IMG/VR virus record: IMGVR_UViG_3300021411_000013
Coordinates: 1 to 43,354 of that record
Direction: 5' to 3' (one strand)
DNA: 43,354 nt
DNA from: a virus
Taxonomy: Duplodnaviria; Caudoviricetes
The notes beneath the pieces were generated by a model. The model was given only the letters and a program-made list of their open reading frames with translations, had not been told where the DNA came from and searched no databases. Numbering within the stretch: position 1 is the stretch's first letter; every line of letters starts with the position of its first letter. The position numbers and the translations under genes are program-made. Positions 1 through 8,556 of this stretch are shown here, in pieces.

Positions 1-28
1 TGTCATCTACCGTGGCGCCTAGTTACCA

Positions 29-48
29 TACTTACCGGCCGGTAAGTA
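29..48. repeat. Perfect 20-bp palindrome TACTTACCGGCCGGTAAGTA near the left genome end
   Basis: Self-reverse-complementary by inspection; lies in a cluster of GTAAG/GTAAC pentamers. Confidence 0.85.
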
Positions 49-127
49 AGGGGCTCGCCGAGACACAGAATTGACCCAGAGTAAGGGCCTGTAAGAGGCC
101 AAAAACCCACCGTTACGGAGAGCAAAC

Positions 128-295
128 ATGGCAATCTCACCGATCGTAACCGTCCCGCTATCGCTCGAAAACGCGGACGGATCCGGCGCAGTTTTGGCTA
201 CGGTTTCCCTCGAAACCGCGCGTGTTTTGGCCGCAGACCTGAAGGTGTTTCTGTCCGCGATCGACCGCGCCACCGACAAGATCCTGAAGGGCTAA
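128..295 (+). CDS. Small hypothetical protein (55 aa, MAISPIVTVPL...DKILKG)
   Basis: GGAG RBS at 117-120, ATG 128, TAA 293-295, 3 nt before terS; too short for the ORF track. Confidence 0.65.
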   Translation: MAISPIVTVPLSLENADGSGAVLATVSLETARVLAADLKVFLSAIDRATDKILKG

Positions 296-298
296 CCG

Positions 299-760
299 AT
301 GCCTGGACGCGGCCCCTCTCCAAAGGAAACGAGCCTACAGCAAGGCTCCCCGCTGATCCAGCCCGGCAAGTTTCAGACGCTCTCGGCCGACGGCGAGGCA
401 CGCGGCCCCGAACTTCCTGAACTGCGCCCGGACGGCGTCCGCTGGACCGATGCCACTCGCGAGTGGTGGGAGGTCTGGCGGTACTCGGCGCAGGCGCAGC
501 TGTTCACGCCTACGGACTGGACGGAACTGCATTTCGCGGCTCTGCTGGTAGACGAAATCTGGACAAAGTCGCGCGGTCGGACGATGGCGCTCACTGAGCT
601 CCGGCAGCGAATGACGCGCTTCGGCGCAGCGATCGATGACCGGATGCGCCTTCGCATGAAGATCAGCGACACGCAGCCCGCAGACGGCAAGAGCGGGACC
701 ACGCTTACCGCCGTGGCCCCGATCGATCGTCGCCGGAAGCCTGCTGACTTCGGCACCTAA
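299..760 (+). CDS. terS: Terminase small subunit
   Basis: MPGRGP start, TREWWEVWRYSAQA and ELRQRMTRFGA..DDRMRLRM motifs typical of actinophage TerS; upstream of terL. Confidence 0.85.
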   Translation: MPGRGPSPKETSLQQGSPLIQPGKFQTLSADGEARGPELPELRPDGVRWTDATREWWEVWRYSAQAQLFTPTDWTELHFAALLVDEIWTKSRGRTMALTELRQRMTRFGAAIDDRMRLRMKISDTQPADGKSGTTLTAVAPIDRRRKPADFGT

Positions 761-763
761 AGC

Positions 764-806
764 AAGAGAGCGGCGGCCTCGACTCCGGCCGCCGCTCCCA
801 GCTCTT
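764..806. terminator. Hairpin between convergent genes (GAGCGGCGGCC-N8-GGCCGCCGCTC)
   Basis: 11-bp perfect stem, 768-778 with 787-797, between the terS stop and the stop of a minus-strand ORF. Confidence 0.7.
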
Positions 807-807
807 G

Positions 808-906
808 TTACCTCCGCCACCCGCTCCGGATTGTGAAGAAGATCGCCAGCACGAACACTGGAAAAACCACCCATGGGACGATGACCGTCCACAACCAGTC
901 CATCAT
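808..906 (-). CDS. Small single-TM membrane protein (32 aa, MMDWLWTVIVPWVVFPVFVLAIFFTIRSGWRR)
   Basis: ATGA overlap with upstream minus ORF; hydrophobic helix plus basic tail. Confidence 0.6.
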   Translation of the reverse strand: MMDWLWTVIVPWVVFPVFVLAIFFTIRSGWRR

Positions 907-1073
907 GAGTGCAGTTCCAGCGCGTGGTACTCGGCGGATCGATCTTCGCCCTTGCCTAGACGACGGTACGCCGCGACCTCTTCGCGAGCCCTGTCTTCGT
1001 CGCGGAACGCGCACACGTCGCGCTTGTCTTCGTACTCGCCTACCGTGACTACGTAAATCGTGATTGTCTCCAT
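903..1073 (-). CDS. Hypothetical protein (56 aa, METITIYVVTVGEYED...), probably leaderless
   Basis: YVVT.GEYED...AF...E.A pattern seen in small phage proteins; promoter directly upstream. Confidence 0.65.
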   Translation of the reverse strand: METITIYVVTVGEYEDKRDVCAFRDEDRAREEVAAYRRLGKGEDRSAEYHALELHS

Positions 1074-1079
1074 GCGTAG

Positions 1080-1109
1080 ATAGTAGCACGCCATCGCCGG
1101 ACGCCGCAA
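1080..1109 (-). promoter_or_regulatory. Sigma-A-like promoter TTGCGG-N18-TACTAT with TGn extension, 6 nt before ATG
   Basis: Read on the minus strand; spacing implies a leaderless mRNA. Confidence 0.55.
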
Positions 1110-1146
1110 GGGCTCCCTGCGACCTACCCGTAAAGGGAGTTAGATT

Positions 1147-1575
1147 ATGTGCTCCGCTGATTGCGATCGTTCCGCTGAGGTGAAGGGTTTGTGTCGTCGG
1201 CACTACGAGGAAAAACGACGTCGCGGCCGGGGGGCGCCCGTGCGCTCCTGGGCGGAACTCGGGGAGTGCCGTACGTACAGCGGATATGTATATGTGAAGG
1301 TGGCGGCCGACTACGTTGGGGGCAATAACGGCGGCTGGGTCCGGGAACATCGGCTGGTCATGGAGCGGATGCTAGGAAGGACGCTTCGGCCCGGAGAAAA
1401 CGTTCATCATATGAACGGGAACCGGCTGGACAACCGACCAGAAAACCTGGAACTGTGGGCCATCCAACAGCCTTCCGGACAAAGGGTAAGTGATATTGTC
1501 GCGACCGCTCAACACACTGTCGATGATCACGTGGTGGCAGGATGGCCCGCGTTGTCTGACCGTTTGGCTGTCTGA
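1147..1575 (+). CDS. HNH homing-type endonuclease inserted between terS and terL
   Basis: EHRLVME..LGR.L...ENVHHMNGNRLDNRPENLELW motif; N-terminal C..C...GLC..HY Zn motif; TGATG overlap with terL. Confidence 0.9.
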   Translation: MCSADCDRSAEVKGLCRRHYEEKRRRGRGAPVRSWAELGECRTYSGYVYVKVAADYVGGNNGGWVREHRLVMERMLGRTLRPGENVHHMNGNRLDNRPENLELWAIQQPSGQRVSDIVATAQHTVDDHVVAGWPALSDRLAV

Positions 1576-3218
1576 TGTCGTGGCGGCCGCGTGGGGACGA
1601 ATGGCTGCCGTTTCCCTCTTTGGGCCCATTGTTTTGCGGTTGGATGGAATTTAACCTCGTCATCCCGGACGGCAACGCGGCGGGCAACCCGTTCCGCGTC
1701 ACGGACAGCCAGTTTGACCACTTCTACAACCTCTTCCGGCTGAACCCCGACGCCGAGTACGACCCCACGGACTCCGTCGCGAACAACGAGTCCCGCGCTG
1801 CCGTCTACACGACTTCCGTCTTCAGCCGCGCGAAAGGCTCCGGTCGGTCACCGCTGCTGGGCGCCGCCTCCTGGGCTGCTGCGCTCGGCCCGGTTCTCTT
1901 CGGAGGTTGGGACGAGGACGGCCAGCCCATCGGCCTGCCGCACCCGAACCCGTGGGTCCAGATCATGGGCTACTCACAGAAGACCACGAAAAACCTGTGG
2001 ACGTCCCTCATGCTCACGGCGGACCGTGACATGGGCGCGATGGCGCTGGTCGACCGCGATGACGTGAGCATCGGTCGATCGCAGGTCATCCTTCCCAACG
2101 GCCTGATGGAGTTCGTCACCGCGTCCCCCGGCTCGCTGGAAGGCAACCGCGTCACCTTCGGCGTCATCGAGGAGTCCGGCTACATGCTGCCGGCCAACAG
2201 CGGCATCGAAGTGGCAGCTGTCCTTGAGCGCAACCGTCAGAAGACCGGCGGCAAGATCGTCCAGATCTCTAACGCGTACGTCCCTGGCCAGCAGTCGGTC
2301 ATGGAGTCCGCTCACGACTACGTCAAAGCTCACGCTGCCGGCAAGGTACGCGGCAATCTCTCCGTCTACTGGGATCACCGCGAGTTCCCTCCGGACACGA
2401 ATATCCACGACGAAGATTCGCTCCGCAAGGGCCTGAAGTACGTCTATCAGGACTCCACCTGGGTGCCGATCGAGTCGATCATCAACACGTTCTACGATAC
2501 GCGCACACCGATCGCATCGTCTCGCCGTTTCTTCGGCAACCAGATCACTGCCGCTGTCGACGCATGGATTTCCAACCCCGAGTGGGGCGCATGCAAGCGT
2601 GACGACGTCACTGTGTTGCCGGAGGAGCCGATCACCCTCGGTTTCGACGGCTCCATCCGCGACGATTCGACAGCTCTCGTCGGCTGCCGCGTGAGCGACG
2701 GTCACCTGTTCCTGTTGGGTGTCTGGGAAAAGCCGTTTGGCAAGGATGGCATCGGTTGGGAAGTGGACCGTGAGGACGTTGACGCAACGTTGGCATCCGC
2801 TTTCGACAGCTACAACGTGGTCGGGATGTTCGCGGACCAGGCGCATTGGTCTGACCGCGTAGACGTGTGGCGGAAGCTGTACGGTCAAAAGCTGAAGGTG
2901 TCATCGGGCAGCTCCGTCAATCCGATGTACTTCGCGATGAACCGTAATCTAATGGTAATCACCGCACTCGACCGGTTCCTGCAGGCCACGCTCGCGAAAG
3001 AGCTGTCTCACGACGGAAACATCATCATGGAGCAGCACATCTTGAACTGCCGGCGCCGCATTTCGCGCTCAGGTATCCAGATTGCCAAGGAATACCCGTC
3101 GTCTCCGAACAAGATTGACGTTGCCATGGCCGCAATGCTGGCCTACGAATGCACCGCAACGGTGCGCCGCGAGTTCAAGCCCAAGGTCCAAGGGCGAATT
3201 TTCCGTATCAACCAATAG
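1575..3218 (+). CDS. terL: Terminase large subunit
   Basis: Walker A-like RAKGSGRSP, ISNA coupling motif, nuclease motifs LGFDGS..DDSTALV and KIDVAMAA. Confidence 0.93.
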   Translation: MSWRPRGDEWLPFPSLGPLFCGWMEFNLVIPDGNAAGNPFRVTDSQFDHFYNLFRLNPDAEYDPTDSVANNESRAAVYTTSVFSRAKGSGRSPLLGAASWAAALGPVLFGGWDEDGQPIGLPHPNPWVQIMGYSQKTTKNLWTSLMLTADRDMGAMALVDRDDVSIGRSQVILPNGLMEFVTASPGSLEGNRVTFGVIEESGYMLPANSGIEVAAVLERNRQKTGGKIVQISNAYVPGQQSVMESAHDYVKAHAAGKVRGNLSVYWDHREFPPDTNIHDEDSLRKGLKYVYQDSTWVPIESIINTFYDTRTPIASSRRFFGNQITAAVDAWISNPEWGACKRDDVTVLPEEPITLGFDGSIRDDSTALVGCRVSDGHLFLLGVWEKPFGKDGIGWEVDREDVDATLASAFDSYNVVGMFADQAHWSDRVDVWRKLYGQKLKVSSGSSVNPMYFAMNRNLMVITALDRFLQATLAKELSHDGNIIMEQHILNCRRRISRSGIQIAKEYPSSPNKIDVAMAAMLAYECTATVRREFKPKVQGRIFRINQ

Positions 3219-3237
3219 CGATCCCGAAGGAGGGCAC

Positions 3238-4731
3238 GTGGCGCCATCGCTTGACACCTCCGCAGGGAGCCCCGGCTACTGGCTCGCAGAGCTGAATCGC
3301 AGGCTTGACCTGAAGTACCCCCGCCTGCTGGCTCTGGAAGAGTACGACGTCGGCAATCCGCCGCTTCCACGCGGCGGGAAAAACACCGCTGCCGCGTTCC
3401 GCCGCTTCCAGAGTATGGCTCGCACGAACATCGTCGGCGTGGCAAACGCAGCTATCAGCCAGACGCTGAACCCCGCCGGTTTTCGTACCGGCGCGGACGC
3501 GGATGCTCTCGGTGATGAAACCGCGTACGACATCTGGGTCACAAGCCACATGGTTGCGGACTCGAAGCTCTTGGCGCATTCCGTCGCGTCGCTAGGTGAG
3601 GGATACACGCTCATCGAACCGTACGACAATCCGACCGGCGTTCGTATCAACGTCCAGTCGCCTTTCGACACGATCACCGCTCGCGCGGCTGGGGATCGCC
3701 GCAAGACGATCGCGGGTCTTCGCCGCTGGAAAGAGGACGACGGCACGTGGCGCGCGGTCGTCCACCTCCCTGGGCGAGCAGTGCACATGTCGGGTCCTCC
3801 GTCCGCCACGGCAGGTGGCCCCGGCGGCTGGCGTATCGACTCCGATGAGCCCACGGACATCACCCGCGTGCCGATCGTGCGCTATTTGAATCGTCCGCGC
3901 CTCAAGCCCGTGCTGACCTTCGAAGGTCGCCACTGGACGGACACGCTCGCCGAGGTAGAGGATTCCCTGGACATTCAGCGCCGCGTCAACGCGGGGGTTA
4001 TCAACCGCCTCGTGACGAGCGCCGCTCAGGCCTTCCGTCAACGGTTCGTGGCCCTCGGGGAGAGCGCGTACAGCCAAGAGGACCTTGACGACATTCTCCG
4101 CAACGACCCGGGGTCGGTGTGGGCGCTGACTGGCGACCCCAAGTTCGGCGAATTCCAGCCGTCCGACATTCTGCAGCTCCTCCGGGAGACTCAGGCGGAC
4201 ATCGAGATTTTCGGTGCTGTCACGAGCACGCCATATCAGCTCCTCCCGGGCGGTACGACCAACGTCGGAGCCGAAACGATCCAAGCCGGTCGCATCGGCC
4301 TGCAGCTCAAGGCTGCGGATCGTCGCGTGCAGGTGGGCGAGGGCAACGCATCGACGCTTTCCATCGCCTTCGAGATCCTCGGCGACGAGGAGCGCGCGAA
4401 AGAAGGCTTGATCGAGACGATCTGGCCTTCGCTGGACGACATCCCGATCTCGGCCCGCGCGGACGCTGCCGCGAAGCTGAAGGACATCCTGCCGCACACG
4501 ACCATCATGCGCGACGTCCTGGGCATGACCCCGGCCGCCATCGAACGCGCCAAGGCGGACGCTGCGGAGGACGCACTCACAAGGAGCATTGCCGATGCCG
4601 CGAACCCCGTCCAACCAAGTGGCGGCGGAGGACCTGTTGGCGCAGCTGCTGGACAGCCTGGCAGCACAGCAGCAGTCACTCCTCAGAGCCCTTCAGGGAC
4701 AGCTGGCGCAGCTGGCCAGCCTGCCGGATAA
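3238..4731 (+). CDS. Portal protein (SPP1 gp6-like)
   Basis: Follows terL; AAGGAGG RBS then GTG 3238; motifs ARTN, AFRQR, KFGEF, ETIWP, RADAAAKL. Confidence 0.9.
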   Translation: MAPSLDTSAGSPGYWLAELNRRLDLKYPRLLALEEYDVGNPPLPRGGKNTAAAFRRFQSMARTNIVGVANAAISQTLNPAGFRTGADADALGDETAYDIWVTSHMVADSKLLAHSVASLGEGYTLIEPYDNPTGVRINVQSPFDTITARAAGDRRKTIAGLRRWKEDDGTWRAVVHLPGRAVHMSGPPSATAGGPGGWRIDSDEPTDITRVPIVRYLNRPRLKPVLTFEGRHWTDTLAEVEDSLDIQRRVNAGVINRLVTSAAQAFRQRFVALGESAYSQEDLDDILRNDPGSVWALTGDPKFGEFQPSDILQLLRETQADIEIFGAVTSTPYQLLPGGTTNVGAETIQAGRIGLQLKAADRRVQVGEGNASTLSIAFEILGDEERAKEGLIETIWPSLDDIPISARADAAAKLKDILPHTTIMRDVLGMTPAAIERAKADAAEDALTRSIADAANPVQPSGGGGPVGAAAGQPGSTAAVTPQSPSGTAGAAGQPAG

Positions 4732-5374
4732 GGACGCCGCAGCGAAGCGCGCAGCGACGCTGATAGAGGCCGGCAAACGCAAGATGGGCCAAGTAGCAGA
4801 GGCCCATGCCAACCGCATTGTGGAAGCCCTGGGGCTCACCCCAAACCCTGCGAAAGGGGAGCTCGCCGCTCGCGTCGTCTCGATGTCCGACCGCCTGAAG
4901 CTTACAGCGGCCGCGAAGGGCATCCTGTCCGACCCGTTCGACGTCTCCGGTGACTCTCTCGGCTTCCTCGCGGAGGACGAACTGGACGCGGTCGCCCGTG
5001 CTGTCGCGGCCCGCGTGTACGAAGCGCGCACCGCGATCACTGGCTACCGTCGCGTGGTCCACCCCGAGCTCTCCGCTTCGGGGCACTCTTGCGGCCTGTG
5101 CATCGCCGCGAGCCAGCGGTTCTATCACAAGGCCGATCTCGCGAAGATCCACGATAATTGCAACTGCGCAGTCGTGCCGATCGTCAAGAGCATCGACCCC
5201 GGGCAGCTCCTGAACGACAAGGAGCTCGCCGCCCTGTACAAGGCTGCCGGTGGCACAGACCGCGCGGCCCTGAAGAATGTCCGGTTCACGCCGGAGGGTG
5301 GGAATCTCGGCAAGGAACAGCCTCGCACGAATCCCAAGCCCAGTACTCCCACCAAAAAGGCCGCGTCCGCGTAA
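4595..5374 (+). CDS. MuF-like minor head / capsid maturation protein
   Basis: GYRRVVHPELS...CGLCIAAS.RFY....IHDNCNC motif; AAGGAG RBS at 4581; overlaps the 3' end of portal. Confidence 0.8.
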   Translation: MPRTPSNQVAAEDLLAQLLDSLAAQQQSLLRALQGQLAQLASLPDKDAAAKRAATLIEAGKRKMGQVAEAHANRIVEALGLTPNPAKGELAARVVSMSDRLKLTAAAKGILSDPFDVSGDSLGFLAEDELDAVARAVAARVYEARTAITGYRRVVHPELSASGHSCGLCIAASQRFYHKADLAKIHDNCNCAVVPIVKSIDPGQLLNDKELAALYKAAGGTDRAALKNVRFTPEGGNLGKEQPRTNPKPSTPTKKAASA

Positions 5375-5412
5375 CGCCTAGCGGCCCTGTATCCGAAACG
5401 GATGGTAAGACA

Positions 5413-5922
5413 ATGCCCGATGACACTGACAACGACGCCCCTCCCACCGAAACGGATGCGGAGAAGGCTGAGCGTTGGAAGTCATTCAGTCGCAAGAACG
5501 AAAACGACAAGAAGGCTGCGATCGCCGAACTGAACACGGTTCGTGAGCAGCTGACGGCCGCTACGTCTCGCGCTGACTCTCTCGCTGCAGCCAACGCTGC
5601 CGCTGTGGAGAAGGCCAAGGCGGACACGTTGTCCGCCTCTCGGCAGGATCTCGTCAAGGTTCACGTCAAGTACGCCGCAAAGGCGCACGGTGCGGACCCG
5701 GATGCCCTGCTCGAAGGCCGCGATCTGACTGGGTTCGTCGGCGAAGACGGTGCCATCAAGGAGGATGCGATCGAGGCATGGATTGCCAAGGTCGCCCCCG
5801 CTGGCACCCGCAAGGCTGTCGATTTCGGCGGCGGAGCTCGGGGCGGCAACACGCCGCCTCCGGCGAATCCGTACGCTGACGATGACCTGTACAAAGCTCT
5901 CTCCAATCTCACATCCGAATAG
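5413..5922 (+). CDS. Scaffolding protein
   Basis: WKSFSRKNE motif and helical Ala/Glu/Lys-rich sequence, immediately before the capsid gene. Confidence 0.85.
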   Translation: MPDDTDNDAPPTETDAEKAERWKSFSRKNENDKKAAIAELNTVREQLTAATSRADSLAAANAAAVEKAKADTLSASRQDLVKVHVKYAAKAHGADPDALLEGRDLTGFVGEDGAIKEDAIEAWIAKVAPAGTRKAVDFGGGARGGNTPPPANPYADDDLYKALSNLTSE

Positions 5923-5931
5923 GAGCCTTCA

Positions 5932-6876
5932 GTGGCCGCACCAGTTATCACTTCTACCACGGCGAATCAGCTCACCGGCTACATTCGCCCCGACCAGTCC
6001 GGCCCGCTGTTCGCGCACGCGGCCGAGACCTCCCTCGCGATGCGCGTCGGCCGTCAGGTCCCGATCGGTGATTCGGGTGAGGTTATCCCGATCAACGTCG
6101 GCGTGCCGGCCGCTGACTGGGTCGCTGAGGGTGACCTGAAGCCAATCGTTGGCCTGCAGAGCACGCTGGCGACGCTGGTCCCGAAGAAAATCGCAGTCAT
6201 CACCACGATGTCTGACGAGCTTCTGAAGCAGGACAAGCTGACCTTGATGCTGGACGACTTCTACAAGACGGTCGGCACAGCCATCGCCCGCAAGATCGAT
6301 GCGGCTGCGTTTTACGGCAAGGGTTCGCCGTTCGCCACCTTCGTTGACCAGTCGGCGCAGCCGGCTGTGGTCATCCCGGCTGCGGATACGGTCCCGGGGG
6401 ACACCTACCACGCCTACCTGGACGCGTTGGCCGAGCTCGCGGCGGACGACGTGGAGCCGAATTACTGGGCTCTGTCTCCTGCCGGCCGCATCTTGATTCA
6501 GCGCGCTGTCGATTCGACAGGTCGCCCGCTGTTCGATGGGGCTACGGGTTCGCTGTTGGGCCTGCCGACTGCGTTCGGCAAGGGTGCGCAGGGTACCGCT
6601 CTGCCGACCCCGGACCGCTCGACTGCCGTTGGCTTCGTCGGCGACTTCTCGAATCTGGTCTTCGGTGTCTCGCAGGGCCTGTCGTTCAGCATCTCGCGGG
6701 AGACCGCGCTGCCGATCGGTCCGTCTGGCGCCATGGTTTCCATGTGGCAGGCGAACCTCGTCGCGATTCGCGCGGAGCTGTACATGGGTCTCTACGTGAA
6801 CCAGCGCACCGGCAAGGAAGCCCTTGTGGCTGACACCCCGTTCGGCAACTACGTCAGAATCGAACAGGGCGCGTAG
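5932..6876 (+). CDS. Major capsid protein (HK97 fold)
   Basis: WVAEG..KP, PKKIAVI...S.E, DSTGRPLF, GDFS, NLVAIRAE motifs. Confidence 0.93.
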   Translation: MAAPVITSTTANQLTGYIRPDQSGPLFAHAAETSLAMRVGRQVPIGDSGEVIPINVGVPAADWVAEGDLKPIVGLQSTLATLVPKKIAVITTMSDELLKQDKLTLMLDDFYKTVGTAIARKIDAAAFYGKGSPFATFVDQSAQPAVVIPAADTVPGDTYHAYLDALAELAADDVEPNYWALSPAGRILIQRAVDSTGRPLFDGATGSLLGLPTAFGKGAQGTALPTPDRSTAVGFVGDFSNLVFGVSQGLSFSISRETALPIGPSGAMVSMWQANLVAIRAELYMGLYVNQRTGKEALVADTPFGNYVRIEQGA

Positions 6877-6894
6877 TCCGGTAACCTTGAACGG

Positions 6895-6943
6895 ATCCAC
6901 CGTCCATTCAAGTATGACAGTCATACTTGAATGGACGGTGGAT
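6895..6943. repeat. 49-bp near-perfect palindrome (24-bp arms, 1-nt centre)
   Basis: ATCCACCGTCCATTCAAGTATGAC-A-GTCATACTTGAATGGACGGTGGAT. Confidence 0.95.
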
Positions 6944-6986
6944 GGAAACGTACCCACATCCCCTCGACCTGGTAACAGGAGTATCC

Positions 6987-7142
6987 GTGCCTATCTACCT
7001 GACTCGGCCCGGCGGCCAGAAGACCAGCGCCGATGACGATGCGGATGCCGCTCGCCTTGAGGCTCTCGGCTTCGTCCGCGATGACGCCCCCCAACCCAAG
7101 AAACGCACTCCCCGCAAGACGGCTCCGAAGGTTGACGCGTAA
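6987..7142 (+). CDS. Small post-capsid protein (51 aa, basic C-terminus)
   Basis: AGGAG RBS, GTG start, TAATG overlap with next gene; usual position after the MCP gene. Confidence 0.7.
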   Translation: MPIYLTRPGGQKTSADDDADAARLEALGFVRDDAPQPKKRTPRKTAPKVDA

Positions 7143-7519
7143 TGGGCAGTTTCACTGACGCTCGTGAGAACGCGATCCTTGAGGCCGAGTTCGGCGTCTC
7201 CGCTCACGTCGCGCCCACCGGCCCCTTCAAGCTTGCCCTGACGACCACAGCACCAACGGACGCTGCCGCCGGCACCAAAGTCACCGGAGGAGGCTACACC
7301 GACCCCTCGATCACCTGGGGTTCCGCCGCTGCCGGCGTCATCGCGAACACGAACGCCATCACGATTAGCAACATGCCGGCCGTCACTGTCCTCGGCTTCG
7401 ACGTTTACGACTCCGCCGGCTCACCGCGCCGCATCGCTTGGGGCACCGTCTCCAAGACGTACACCGCTGGCGATGCTGCCACGATCGCAGTCGGTGCGCT
7501 GACTGTCACGCTTGATTAG
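7142..7519 (+). CDS. Virion structural protein (head/neck fibre-like beta-rich domain)
   Basis: LALTTTAPTDAAAGTKVTGGGY...NTNAIT...VYDS...GALTVTLD pattern; synteny. Confidence 0.7.
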   Translation: MGSFTDARENAILEAEFGVSAHVAPTGPFKLALTTTAPTDAAAGTKVTGGGYTDPSITWGSAAAGVIANTNAITISNMPAVTVLGFDVYDSAGSPRRIAWGTVSKTYTAGDAATIAVGALTVTLD

Positions 7520-7536
7520 CTGAGCGGAGGCTCATC

Positions 7537-8556
7537 ATGGCCTTTCGCGCATCGGCAACGTACAACTCAGGTGCCGTGGCCGTCACGAGCGCATCGATTC
7601 CGAACGATCCCGCTGTGCAGGCGGGCGACGTCGCTACGCTGGTTATCGCCAACCCTGACCCCGCATTGATCACCACAGCGGCCACTGGGTGGACGACGCG
7701 CATAGCCGATACGATCGTCGGCACGATGCTCTACTCGGTGTTCACCCGCACGGTGCAGGCTGGCGACACTGCGGCTGCGTTCACCTTGTCCGCTGGCAAG
7801 CTGGTTTCGGCTGTCGTGGTCTGGGAGACATCCAACGGTGTGGACGCAATTGGCACCCCACAACCACGCCCTGCGTCGCAGGTGACGACGATAGCCCCGT
7901 CTATGACGGCTTCCAGCGCGTCCGGCACCGTGCTGGCCGTGCTGGTAGAGAAGACAACGGGCCTCAACGGCGCGCCTACGCTTTCGAAGGGCACGCAGCG
8001 CGCTTTCGTGGAGGTAGCGGCCGGCGCGGTCTGCTCGATCACGGTAGCCGAGTTCACTCCGGCTTCGACCACAACCGGCGACCTGACAGCCACGTACACG
8101 ACGGCCAACACAAACGGTGTCGGCGTTCAGGTGGCCTTGCTGCCTGCGTTCGCCACGATTCCGATCGTCGCGACCAGCACACCAACAAGCTCCGCAAACC
8201 TGGCCCTCAACGCATCCCGGCCCCTCACGCTAACGTCTCCCAGCTCCGCACTCGCCGCGCTCGTGGTCTCCCGGGCCATACCGCTGACCTTGTCCTCAGC
8301 TCCGGCATCGCTGGCGGCTGCTCTCCTGGTCCGCTCGGCTGCCCTGCAGATGTCGTCCTTGGCGCTCGCTCAGCCGTTCCTGGTCCTGGGCAACGCCGCA
8401 CCGCTGACCTTGTCGGTGGCAGCTTCGTCCGGTGTCCGTCTTCGACTGCCGTTTGATTCCGGCGTCACGGAGCGCCGTTCTATGGCTGGCAGCACCGAAT
8501 CCGTCCGGCTCGCCGGTCCAACGCAAGCCCTGGAAGGAGCGCCCACGTATGGCTGA
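7537..8556 (+). CDS. Ala/Thr/Ser-rich virion protein (putative head/neck fibre or decoration)
   Basis: Beta-sandwich-like N-part (VQAGD, GWT), repetitive L-x-L-S-S C-part; between capsid and adaptor. Confidence 0.6.
   Translation: MAFRASATYNSGAVAVTSASIPNDPAVQAGDVATLVIANPDPALITTAATGWTTRIADTIVGTMLYSVFTRTVQAGDTAAAFTLSAGKLVSAVVVWETSNGVDAIGTPQPRPASQVTTIAPSMTASSASGTVLAVLVEKTTGLNGAPTLSKGTQRAFVEVAAGAVCSITVAEFTPASTTTGDLTATYTTANTNGVGVQVALLPAFATIPIVATSTPTSSANLALNASRPLTLTSPSSALAALVVSRAIPLTLSSAPASLAAALLVRSAALQMSSLALAQPFLVLGNAAPLTLSVAASSGVRLRLPFDSGVTERRSMAGSTESVRLAGPTQALEGAPTYG

Noticed and set aside
1147-1575. Group I intron or intein interrupting the terminase
   Set aside because: terL is an intact ORF of normal length with no intein motifs, and the HNH is a separate upstream gene.
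6895-6943. Palindrome as the telomere-resolution site of a linear plasmid prophage
   Set aside because: No protelomerase, tyrosine recombinase, ParA or repressor is recognisable, and the site lies inside the late operon.
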